A stretch of DNA of 64,000 nt from contig JBGAML010000002.1 in assembly GCA_044223005.1 (NCBI GenBank), forward strand, positions 1 to 64,000, given 5' to 3'. Each line of letters begins with the position of its first letter. Position 1 is the stretch's first letter. This DNA comes from Candidatus Eiseniibacteriota bacterium (GTDB lineage: Bacteria; Eisenbacteria; RBG-16-71-46). Shown here piece by piece: positions 27,700-37,477 of this stretch. A model generated the notes under the pieces. That model saw nothing but the letters and a program-made list of their open reading frames with translations. It made no database searches and was not told where the DNA came from. Both the position numbers and the translations under genes were made by a program.

Positions 27700-30419
27700 T
27701 TGAGCGAGAACCGGCCGGATCCCGATGCGCTGCTCGCGCAGGTGCGACGCGAGGATGAACAGTCCCGCCGCGCCCGGCTCAAGATCTTCTTCGGTGCGAG
27801 CGCCGGCGTCGGCAAGACGTACGCGATGCTGGTGGAGGCGCACGAGCAGCGGCGCGCCGGCCGCGACGTTGTCGCCGGCGTCGTGGAGACGCACGGACGC
27901 GCCGAGACCAGCGCGCTGCTGGAGGGGCTGGAATCGCTGCCGCGCGTGCGGCGCGAACACCGCGGGGCCGCGATCGAGGAGTTCGACCTCGACGCCGCGC
28001 TCGCGCGGAAGCCCGGGCTGCTGCTGCTCGACGAGCTCGCGCACACGAATGCGCCCGGATCGCGTCACCGCAAGCGCTGGCAGGACGTCGAGGAGCTGCT
28101 CGCGGCCGGGATCGACGTCGCGACGACGCTCAACGTCCAGCACGTCGAAAGCCTGATCGACGTCGTCGCGCAGGTGACCGGCATCACCGTCCGCGAGACC
28201 ATCCCGGACTCGATCCTCGATCGCGCCGACGAGATCGAACTGGTCGATCTGCCGCCGGACGACCTCCTCCAGCGCCTGCGCGAGGGCAAGGTCTACCTTC
28301 CGGACCAGGCCGGGCGCGCGCTCGAACACTTCTTCCGCAAGGGCAACCTGATCGCGCTGCGCGAGCTCGCGCTGCGCCAGACGGCACAGCGCGTCGACGC
28401 GCAGATGGAGACCTACCGCCGCGCCGCGGGCATCGCCGAACCGTGGGCCGTGCGCGAGCGCATGCTGGTCTGTGTCGGTGACGCGGAGCAGGGCCTGCGC
28501 CTCGTGCGCGCCGCCCGGCGCATGGCGGTCGCGCTCAAGGCGGAGTGGATCGTGGCCCACGTCGAGACGCCCGGCCAGGTGCGCGAATCGCGTGCGCAGC
28601 GCGATGCGCGCGTGGACCTGCTCGGCCTCGCCGAGGACCTCGGGGCCGAGACCGCGATCCTCACCGGGCTGCGCGTGGCCGACGAGATCCTGCACTTCGC
28701 GCGCGAACGCCACGTCTCGCGCATCGTCGTCGGCGCCCCGCGCCGGCGGTTCGCGCTCTCGTGGCTGCCCGGTGGGCTCGTCTTCCGCGTCCTGCGCGCG
28801 AGCGACGAATTCGACGTGCACGTGCTCGCCGGCGGCGAGGAGCCCTCCGCCTCCGCAGCGCGCCTGCCCGCGCCGGCCGCTGCGGCGCCCTCGGACGCGT
28901 GGCGAGGGTACGCCGGCGCGGCGTTCGTGTGCGGTCTCTGCACGCTGGTCGCGTGGCCCATGTACGGCTGGTTCGAGCTCTCGAACATCGTCATGATCTA
29001 CCTGCTCGGCGTGACGGTGGTGGCGGGAGCGTTCGGGCGCGGTCCCGCGATCGCGGCTTCGGTGCTGGGCGTGCTGATGTTCGATGTCTGCTTCGTACCA
29101 CCGCGGTTCCAGCTCGCGGTCTCGGACGGGCAGTACCTCGTGACTTTCGGCGTGATGCTCGTGATCGCGATCGTGACCGGGACGCTCACCGCGCGCACGC
29201 GTGACCAGGTGCAGGAGGCCCGGGCCCGCGAGCGGCGCACCGCGGCGCTCTACCAGTTGAGCCGGGAACTGAGCGCCGGACGCACGGTGGCGCTGCTGCT
29301 GGAATCGGCCGTCGCCCGCATCGAGGAGGTGTTCGGTTCGCCCGCGGCGATGCTGCGCCCGGTGGAGGAGGGCCGGCTCGAGATCGTGGCCGGCCGCCCG
29401 GAGGTGTTCGCGGGCGGCGATCACGAGCAGGGCGTCGCGCAGTGGGCGTTCGACCACGCGCAGCCCGCGGGCTTCGGCACCGACACGCTGCCCGGCGCGC
29501 GCGCGATGCACCTGCCGCTCGTCGCCACCGGCGAAGTGCTCGGCGTGATGTCGGTGCTGGCCGGCGACGCGTCGCGCATCGCCGAGCCCGACCGGCTCAA
29601 GCTCCTGCTCACGTTCGCCAACCAGATCGCCGTCGCGCTCGAACGCGCGCAGCTCGCCGAACGGGCCGAGCGCGCGGGGATCGAGGCGCAGGCCGAACGC
29701 GCGCGCAACGCGCTCCTCTCCTCGGTGTCGCACGACCTGCGTACGCCGCTCGCCGTCGTGACGGGCGCGGCGACCGGCCTGCGCGACGCCGGGCAGACGA
29801 TGAGCGAGGCCACGCGCCGCGAGCTCGCCGACACGATCGCGGACGAGGCGGCGCGGCTGAACCGGCTGGTCGGCAACCTGCTCGACATGACGCGGCTCGA
29901 ATCCGGCGCGCTGGAGGTGAAGCGCGAGTGGAACGCGATCGAGGAGATCGCGGGGGAGGTCGCGGGCCGGCTCGAGCGCGCCGCGCCGGGCCGCACGGTC
30001 GTGCTGCGCGTCCAGCCCGGGCTGCCGCTGGTGTCCCTGGACGGCGTGCTCGTCGGCCAGGCGATCTACAACCTGGCCGAGAACGCGCTGCAGCTTTCGG
30101 CGCCGTCCGCGCCCGTCGAGATCGACGTGTCCGCCGACGGCGGGGGGCTGCGGATCGACGTATCCGACCGCGGTCCGGGGTTCGCGCCGGGCGAGGAGAC
30201 GCGCGTGTTCGAGAAGTTCTATCGTGGCGCGGGCTCGGACCGGCGCCGCGGCGCCGGGCTCGGGCTCGCGATCGCCCGCGGCGTCGTCGAGGCGCACGCG
30301 GGCACGGTGTCCGCCGCGGCCCGCCCCGGTGGCGGCGCGATCTTCACGATCCGGCTGCCGCGCGGCGGCGAGCCGCCCACGCTGGATCGCGAACCCGAGC
30401 TGGAGGAGCCGCCGACGTC

Positions 30420-30423
<4 letters not shown>
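27700..30423 (+). CDS. kdpD: Sensor histidine kinase KdpD
   Basis: GASAGVGKTYAML, DELAHTN, Usp-like region, four TM, GAF, SHDLRTPL H-box and GAGLGLAI. Confidence 0.96.
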
Positions 30424-31118
<695 letters not shown>

Positions 31119-31292
31119 GGCCGGGACGGCCGCGCCGCCCGGTCCGCCCGGGTCTTGCCGCACCGAACCCCGCGCTGCCGGAATGCACGAGCGAGAACGC
31201 GCCCCTTGTATCACCGGCCCGCTCGTCGCATCCTGCTCCCGGACGCCCGCACGACGCGGGCGGCCTTCGCTCGCGCAAAACGGAGAACGACC

Positions 31293-33716
31293 ATGGACGA
31301 TCGTATCGTGCGCGGCGCCCCCCCCGGCGTCAGCCCCTCGCGCTGCCTCACCGCCTGCCTCGCCGTCGTCACCCTCGCCGCGCTCGCGCTGCCCGTGCGC
31401 GCGCAGGGCGTCCGCCAGGACGTCTGGGTACCGAACGGTCCCGTCACGTGCGTGGCCCAGCGCGGCAACACGCTCTACGTCGGCGGCAACTTCACCAGCA
31501 TCGGCCCGCCGACCGGCGCCTACGCCGCGGTCGACTCGACCACGGGCACCGTGCTCGCCGGTTCGCCGCGCGTGACCGGCACGGTCTACGTCATGACGCC
31601 CGACGGTACGGGTGGTTTCTACATCGGCGGCTCGTTCACCGCGGTGAACGGCGTGCCGCGGCAGAACCTCGCGCACGTGACCTCGGCGGCGGGCGTCGAC
31701 AACTGGGCGCCCACGACCAACAACAAGGTCACCGCGATCGCGGTCATCCGGAACAACGTCTACGTGGGCGGCGACTTCACCCAGGTCAACGCCACGGCGC
31801 GGAATCGCCTGGCGTGCCTCGACGGCGCGACCGGCGTGCTCACGGCATGGAATCCCGGAGCCAACAACTCGGTTCTCGTGCTGCATCCGCGGGGGGCGAA
31901 CCTGCTGGTCGGCGGCGCCTTCACCAACATCGGCGGCGTCGCGCGCAGCTACCTCGCGGCGGTGGACAGCGCGACCGGCGTCACCACGGCGTGGGTTCCC
32001 GCGCCCAACGGCCGCGTCCGCGCCCTCGCGAGCAACGCGCTGACCGTCTGGGCAGGCGGCGAGTTCTCCACGCTCGGCGGCCAGCCGCGCGCCTATCTCG
32101 GCGCCGTGAGCGTCTCGACCGGCCTCGCGACCAGCTTCGTCGCCGACGCCGACTACAACGTCAACGCGCTCGTGCTCGCGATCAACAAGCTCTACGTGGG
32201 CGGCGAGTACAGCACGATCGGCGGGCAGTACCGCACCGGGCTCGCGGCCCTCAACGCGACGACCGGCGCCGTCACGAGCTGGCAGCCGCTGCCCAACGAC
32301 GTCGTGAACGGCATCGCGCTCAACGGCCGCAACCTCTACGTCGGCGGCCGCTTCACCGCGATCGGCGGCAAGGTGTTCGCGAATCTCGCCGTCGTCGACA
32401 CGATCGTGGGGACGGCGTCGAACTGGAATCCCAGGCCCGACGGCGAGGTGCTTGCGGTCGGCGCGTACCGCGGAACGATCTCGTTCGGCGGCAGCTTCGG
32501 GACCGTGAACGGCGTCGACCGCGGCTACCTGGCCGCGCTGAACCTCGTCACCGGCGCGGCGACGGCGTGGAACCCGGCGCCGGACGCGCCCGTCACCTCG
32601 CTCGCGACGAGCGGCGGCGTGGTCTACGCGGGCGGCTCGTTCGCGACGGTCGGCGGCCTGCCACGGGCGTCGATCGCGGCGCTCGACACGCTGACCGGGG
32701 CCGCGACCGCGTGGAACCCGACGGCCGGCGAAGCCGTGACCGGGATCCTGCCGTGGGCGGGCAAGGTCTACCTGAGCGGCCTCTTCACGACCATGGGCGG
32801 GCAGACGCGCAACTTCATCGCCGCCGTCGATTCGGCGAGCGGTGCGCTGCTGCCGTGGGATCCGAACGCGGATCTCGAGGTGGACGGCGTCCTGCCGTAC
32901 AACGGCCAGCTCTACGCGTGGGGACTCTTCAACACGATCGGCGGCCAGGCGCGCCACTTCGCCGCGGCGCTCGACACGGCGACGGGCCTCGCGACGGCGT
33001 TCGACCCGAATCCCAACAACATCGTGTACACGCTCGTGCCGGCCGCCGGCACGATCTACGCCGGCGGGAAGTTCACCTCGATCGGCGGCGCAACGCGCAA
33101 CCGGCTCGCCAACCTCGACGCTTCGACGGGTGCCGCGGGCGCGTGGAACCCCAACGTCGCGAGCGGATTCGTGACGTCGCTGCTCCCGCTCAACTCGTCG
33201 ATGTACGTGGCCGGCTCGTTCGCGACCGTGAACGCCACGGCGCGCAACAACGCGGCGGAACTGAACCTCGGCTCCGGCGTGCCCACCGGCTGGAACCCGA
33301 ACGTCGGCGGGGAAGTGGACGCGATGGCGATCTTCGGCACGACGGTCGTGGTCGGCGGGCTGTTCCCCTCGGTCGGCTCGAACCCGCTGCGGAGCCTGGC
33401 GGTCATGAGCAGCAACACCACCGGTGTTTCCGATCCGCCGGCGGTGGCGGTCGGACTGCAGCTCGCGCCCAACGAACCGAACCCGTTCGCGCGCGCGACG
33501 ACGATCCGCTTCTCGCTGCCCGCGGCCTCGGCGGTGACGCTGGAGATTTTCGATCTTTCGGGCCGCCGCGTCGCGCAGCCGCTCGCCGGCGCGACCATGA
33601 GCGCCGGGCCGCACGCGCTCGAGTTCCGACCCGCGGGCCTCGCGGCCGGCGTGTACGTGTGCCGGCTGCAGGCGGGCGCGCTGCGCGCCTCGCGGAAGCT
33701 GGTCCTGGTCCACTGA
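31293..33716 (+). CDS. Secreted beta-propeller repeat protein with C-terminal T9SS-A/FlgD-like domain
   Basis: Signal peptide; 14 repeats of about 48 aa (LYVGG.FT.IGG..R..LAA.D..TG....WNP); CTD PNPFARATTIRFSL...IFDLSGRRV...GVYVCRL. Confidence 0.85.
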   Translation: MDDRIVRGAPPGVSPSRCLTACLAVVTLAALALPVRAQGVRQDVWVPNGPVTCVAQRGNTLYVGGNFTSIGPPTGAYAAVDSTTGTVLAGSPRVTGTVYVMTPDGTGGFYIGGSFTAVNGVPRQNLAHVTSAAGVDNWAPTTNNKVTAIAVIRNNVYVGGDFTQVNATARNRLACLDGATGVLTAWNPGANNSVLVLHPRGANLLVGGAFTNIGGVARSYLAAVDSATGVTTAWVPAPNGRVRALASNALTVWAGGEFSTLGGQPRAYLGAVSVSTGLATSFVADADYNVNALVLAINKLYVGGEYSTIGGQYRTGLAALNATTGAVTSWQPLPNDVVNGIALNGRNLYVGGRFTAIGGKVFANLAVVDTIVGTASNWNPRPDGEVLAVGAYRGTISFGGSFGTVNGVDRGYLAALNLVTGAATAWNPAPDAPVTSLATSGGVVYAGGSFATVGGLPRASIAALDTLTGAATAWNPTAGEAVTGILPWAGKVYLSGLFTTMGGQTRNFIAAVDSASGALLPWDPNADLEVDGVLPYNGQLYAWGLFNTIGGQARHFAAALDTATGLATAFDPNPNNIVYTLVPAAGTIYAGGKFTSIGGATRNRLANLDASTGAAGAWNPNVASGFVTSLLPLNSSMYVAGSFATVNATARNNAAELNLGSGVPTGWNPNVGGEVDAMAIFGTTVVVGGLFPSVGSNPLRSLAVMSSNTTGVSDPPAVAVGLQLAPNEPNPFARATTIRFSLPAASAVTLEIFDLSGRRVAQPLAGATMSAGPHALEFRPAGLAAGVYVCRLQAGALRASRKLVLVH

Positions 33717-33826
33717 CCGCCGCGGCGGACGATGCGTCCCGCCCCGGCCGTTCGCGGTGGTAGATTGACCGGGTCGCGCTCCCGCCCGGCAGGACGCCGC
33801 CCGGACCGCGCCTCGGAGGAACATGC

Positions 33827-36214
33827 ATGACGGCAGGGAAGGCCGTGCGCTTCGTCGTCGCCCTCGCGCTGCTCGCGCTCGCGGCCGCCGCGCCCGCGTT
33901 CGCGCAGGATCCCGCGACGCTCCACCTCGCGCCCGAGGCTCGCGCGCATCTCGCGGCCGCGGCGGATGCGCCCGGCCTCGCGCCGTGGCAGCGCGCGCTC
34001 ATGCGCGACCCCGCGGGCGACGCTTCGTCCGCCGCGGCGACCGCCGCCGATGGCGCGTGGACACCGCTTGCCGCGGTCGCGCGGCGCGGGCACACCGCCG
34101 TGCTCGATCCCGTCCGCCAGCGCGTGCTCGTGTTCGGCGGCGAAAACGCGGGCCTGCACGCCGACGTCTGGGCGCTCGCGCTCACGGGTACGCCCGCATG
34201 GACGCGGCTCGCGGTCGCGGGCACGCCGCCGTCGCCCCGCTCGCGGCACGCCGCCGCGTACGACGCGGCGCGCGACCGGATGCTCGTGTTCGGCGGCGAC
34301 GATGGCAACCGGCGCAACGATGTCTGGGCGCTCGCGCTCGCGGGCACGCCCGAGTGGACGGAGATCGTTCCCGCCGGCACGCCGCCGAGCCCGCGTGCGG
34401 CGGCCTCCGTGGTGGTGGACGTCGCGCGCGATCGCGCGATCGTGTTCGGCGGCGATGACGGTGCACCGCTCGGTGACGCGTGGGCCCTCTCGCTCGCCGG
34501 CACGCCCGCGTGGACACCGCTCGCGCCGGCGGGAACCCCGCCGGTCGCGCGCCAGGGTGCGGGCGCGGTGCTCGATGCGGCGCGCGATCGCATGCTCGTG
34601 TTCGGCGGCTGGGACGGCTCGGAACTCGGCGACACCTGGGCACTCTCGCTGGCCGGGGGCACGGAGTGGCACGTCGTCTCGCCGGACGCGTCGGGCCCGG
34701 CGGGCCGGCACGACGGCGTCACCGTGTTCGACACCGCCCGCGACCGGCTGGTGATCTTCGGCGGCTCGAGCGACGCCGGCCCCGCGCAGGACGCGTGGGC
34801 GCTCTCGCTCGCCGATTCGCAGTGGACCTCGCTCTCGCCCGTCGTGACGCCGATCACGCCCCGCGTCGCGCTCGTGGGCGTCTACGACTCCGCGCATGCG
34901 GCGTTGCTCGTGCACGGCGGCGACGACGGTTCGATCGCCGGCGACACGTGGTCGCTGGCGCTCGCGGGCGATCCGGCGTGGTCCGCGTTCGCGCCGCAGC
35001 CGCCGGCACGCGCGTACGCGAGCGTCGTGCTCGATCCCGTGCGCCACCGGCTCGTGGTGTTCGGCGGCCTGCAGGGTGAGACGCGGCTCGCGGACACGTG
35101 GGCGCTCTCGCTGGGCGCCACGCCGGCGTGGACGCAGCTGCAGCCGCTCGGCGCGCCGCCCAGCGCGCGCTACCGGCACACGGCGATCTACGATCCCGTG
35201 CGCGACCGCATGCTCGTGTTCGGCGGCTGGGACGGTGCCTATCGCAACGACGTCCGCGCGCTGCAGTTCTCGGGCACGCTGCTCTGGGCCGCGGTGACGC
35301 CCACCGGCACGCCGCCCTCGGCGCGCATGGGCCACACGGCGATCTACGACCCCGTGCGCGATCGCATGCTCGTGTTCGGCGGCTTCGGCGGCACGCTGCT
35401 CAACGACACGTGGGCGCTCTCGCTCGCAGGCACGCCCGCGTGGTCGGCCGTGAACGCGGGCGGCACGCTGCCCGGGATGCGTGAGGCGCACGCGGTCTTC
35501 TATGACGCGCCGCGCGATCGCATGGTGATCGTGGGCGGCTACGGCACGCTGGTGAGTGACGACTGGGCGCTCTCGCTCGCCGGCACGCCGGCGTGGTCGG
35601 CACTGGCGGCGGGACCGGGGCCGAACGACATGCGTTTCGACTTCGCGGGTGCGTACGACGCGGCGCGCGGCACGTATGTGCTGTTCGGGGGCACGGACCT
35701 GATCGGGCAGTGGTACCACGACACGTGGACGCTCGCTCCAGCGCCGCCGCCCGCGTGGACGCCGCTTGCTCCGGCGGGTGCGCCGCCGGGTGCGCGCGCG
35801 GGGCACGCGGGTGCGTTCGACGCCGCGAGTGATCGGCTGCTGGTCTTCGGTGGGCTCACGCTCGAGGCGGGATGGAGCAGCGAGGTGTGGGCGCTCGATC
35901 GCACCGCGGCGGGTGCCGTGCCGCCGCCGGCGGCGACGGGCGTGGCGCTCGCGCCGCCCGCGCCCAACCCGTTCGCGGTTTCGACCGCGGTTCGCTTCAC
36001 GCTGTCGCACACCGCGCACGTCCGGCTCGACGTGCTCGACTTCGCGGGCCGCCGCGTGCGCACGCTGGTCGACGGCGAGCGCGAAGCGGGGCCGAACGCC
36101 GCGGCCTGGGACGGGCGCGACGATGCGGGACACGACCTGCCCCCCGCGGTCTACCTGCTCCGGTTCGCCGTCGCCGGCCACACCGAATCGCGACGCATCG
36201 TCCGGATCCGCTGA
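33827..36214 (+). CDS. Secreted Kelch-repeat protein with FlgD Ig-like C-terminal domain
   Basis: Signal peptide; 12 repeats (R..H.A.YD..RDRMLVFGG....D.WAL.L.GTPAW); CTD PNPF...GRRVRTLVDG...WDGRDDAG...VYLLR. Confidence 0.88.
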   Translation: MTAGKAVRFVVALALLALAAAAPAFAQDPATLHLAPEARAHLAAAADAPGLAPWQRALMRDPAGDASSAAATAADGAWTPLAAVARRGHTAVLDPVRQRVLVFGGENAGLHADVWALALTGTPAWTRLAVAGTPPSPRSRHAAAYDAARDRMLVFGGDDGNRRNDVWALALAGTPEWTEIVPAGTPPSPRAAASVVVDVARDRAIVFGGDDGAPLGDAWALSLAGTPAWTPLAPAGTPPVARQGAGAVLDAARDRMLVFGGWDGSELGDTWALSLAGGTEWHVVSPDASGPAGRHDGVTVFDTARDRLVIFGGSSDAGPAQDAWALSLADSQWTSLSPVVTPITPRVALVGVYDSAHAALLVHGGDDGSIAGDTWSLALAGDPAWSAFAPQPPARAYASVVLDPVRHRLVVFGGLQGETRLADTWALSLGATPAWTQLQPLGAPPSARYRHTAIYDPVRDRMLVFGGWDGAYRNDVRALQFSGTLLWAAVTPTGTPPSARMGHTAIYDPVRDRMLVFGGFGGTLLNDTWALSLAGTPAWSAVNAGGTLPGMREAHAVFYDAPRDRMVIVGGYGTLVSDDWALSLAGTPAWSALAAGPGPNDMRFDFAGAYDAARGTYVLFGGTDLIGQWYHDTWTLAPAPPPAWTPLAPAGAPPGARAGHAGAFDAASDRLLVFGGLTLEAGWSSEVWALDRTAAGAVPPPAATGVALAPPAPNPFAVSTAVRFTLSHTAHVRLDVLDFAGRRVRTLVDGEREAGPNAAAWDGRDDAGHDLPPAVYLLRFAVAGHTESRRIVRIR

Positions 36215-36240
36215 CGGCTCGGCCGCACTCGGGAGGTCCC

Positions 36241-37350
36241 ATGCCGAAGAACGTGGTCGTCTGCTGCGACGGCACCAATGGCCAGTTCCGGCTGCGCAAT
36301 ACGAACGTCGTGCGGCTCTACGAACTGCTCGAGCAGGATCCGGAGCGCCAGGTCGCGTTCTACGATCCCGGGCTCGGCACCATGGGCGCGACCGGCACGT
36401 GGACCACGCTCGGCCAGACGTTCACGCGGCTGCTCGGGCTCGCGTTCGCGTTCGGGCTCAAGGAGCGGATCGGCGACGCCTACCGGCACGTGATCGAGTA
36501 CTGGGAGCCCGGCGACCGGCTCTTCCTCTTCGGCTTCAGCCGCGGTGCCTACACCGTGCGCGCGCTCGCCGCGCTGATCCACATGTTCGGCGTGATCCGC
36601 CGCGGCAACGAGAACCTGATCCCGTACGTGACCGACATGTTCGGGCGCCGGAGCGAGGAGGTGTTCCGGCTCGCCGCCGAGTTCAAGCCGCGCTTCGCGC
36701 GCGAGTGCCCGGTGCACTTCGTCGGCGTGTGGGACACGGTGAGTTCGGTCGGCTGGATCTACGACCCCGTTCGGCTGCCGTACACCGCGAACAACCCCTC
36801 GATCCGCATCGGCCGCCACGCGATCGCGATCGACGAGCGCCGCTGCTTCTTCCGCCAGAACGTCTGGGGCGAGCCCGTGACCGGGCAGGACTTGAAGCAG
36901 GTGTGGTTCGCCGGCGTGCACGGCGACGTGGGCGGCGGCTACGCGGCCGCCGAGGAGGGACTGCCCAACGTCCCGCTCTGGTGGATGGCCGACGAGGCGC
37001 GACGCGCGGGCTTGCGGCTGGACCGCGATCGCGTCACCGCCGCGCTCGCGCGCGCCGGCAGCCGCCCGGACGCGTTCGGGCCCGCGCACGAATCGCTGAC
37101 CGGCGCGTGGCGGCTGCTCGAGTGGTGGCCCAAGCGCTGGTGGGATTCGCGGACCGACACGTACCGCTGGCGCATCCCGCTCGGCGAGCGCCGCTTCATC
37201 CCGGCGGGCGCGATCGTGCACCAGAGCGTGCAGGCGCGCCTCTCGCACCCGGATTCGCGCTACGCGCCGCCCAACCTGCCGCGCGAGTTCGCCCTCGAAC
37301 CCTACGACCACGCCCCGGCCTCGCTGGATCCCGACACGCTGCTGGCGTGA
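36241..37350 (+). CDS. DUF2235 alpha/beta hydrolase (Tle1 phospholipase-like)
   Basis: CCDGT, YDPGLGT, GFSRGAY nucleophile elbow, GVWDTV, AIDERR and WFAGVHGDVGGGY; GGGAGG RBS before ATG 36241. Confidence 0.88.
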   Translation: MPKNVVVCCDGTNGQFRLRNTNVVRLYELLEQDPERQVAFYDPGLGTMGATGTWTTLGQTFTRLLGLAFAFGLKERIGDAYRHVIEYWEPGDRLFLFGFSRGAYTVRALAALIHMFGVIRRGNENLIPYVTDMFGRRSEEVFRLAAEFKPRFARECPVHFVGVWDTVSSVGWIYDPVRLPYTANNPSIRIGRHAIAIDERRCFFRQNVWGEPVTGQDLKQVWFAGVHGDVGGGYAAAEEGLPNVPLWWMADEARRAGLRLDRDRVTAALARAGSRPDAFGPAHESLTGAWRLLEWWPKRWWDSRTDTYRWRIPLGERRFIPAGAIVHQSVQARLSHPDSRYAPPNLPREFALEPYDHAPASLDPDTLLA

Positions 37351-37477
37351 GTGCGAAACGCGTGGCGATTTGCGGGGCGAGCGGGGGGGGGTAGATTCTC
37401 GGCAGCGACTGGCCGCGCGAGTCCCCCGTTCGACCGTTGACGACACACCGAGGCGCTGCGGTGTGGGGGAGGACTGC

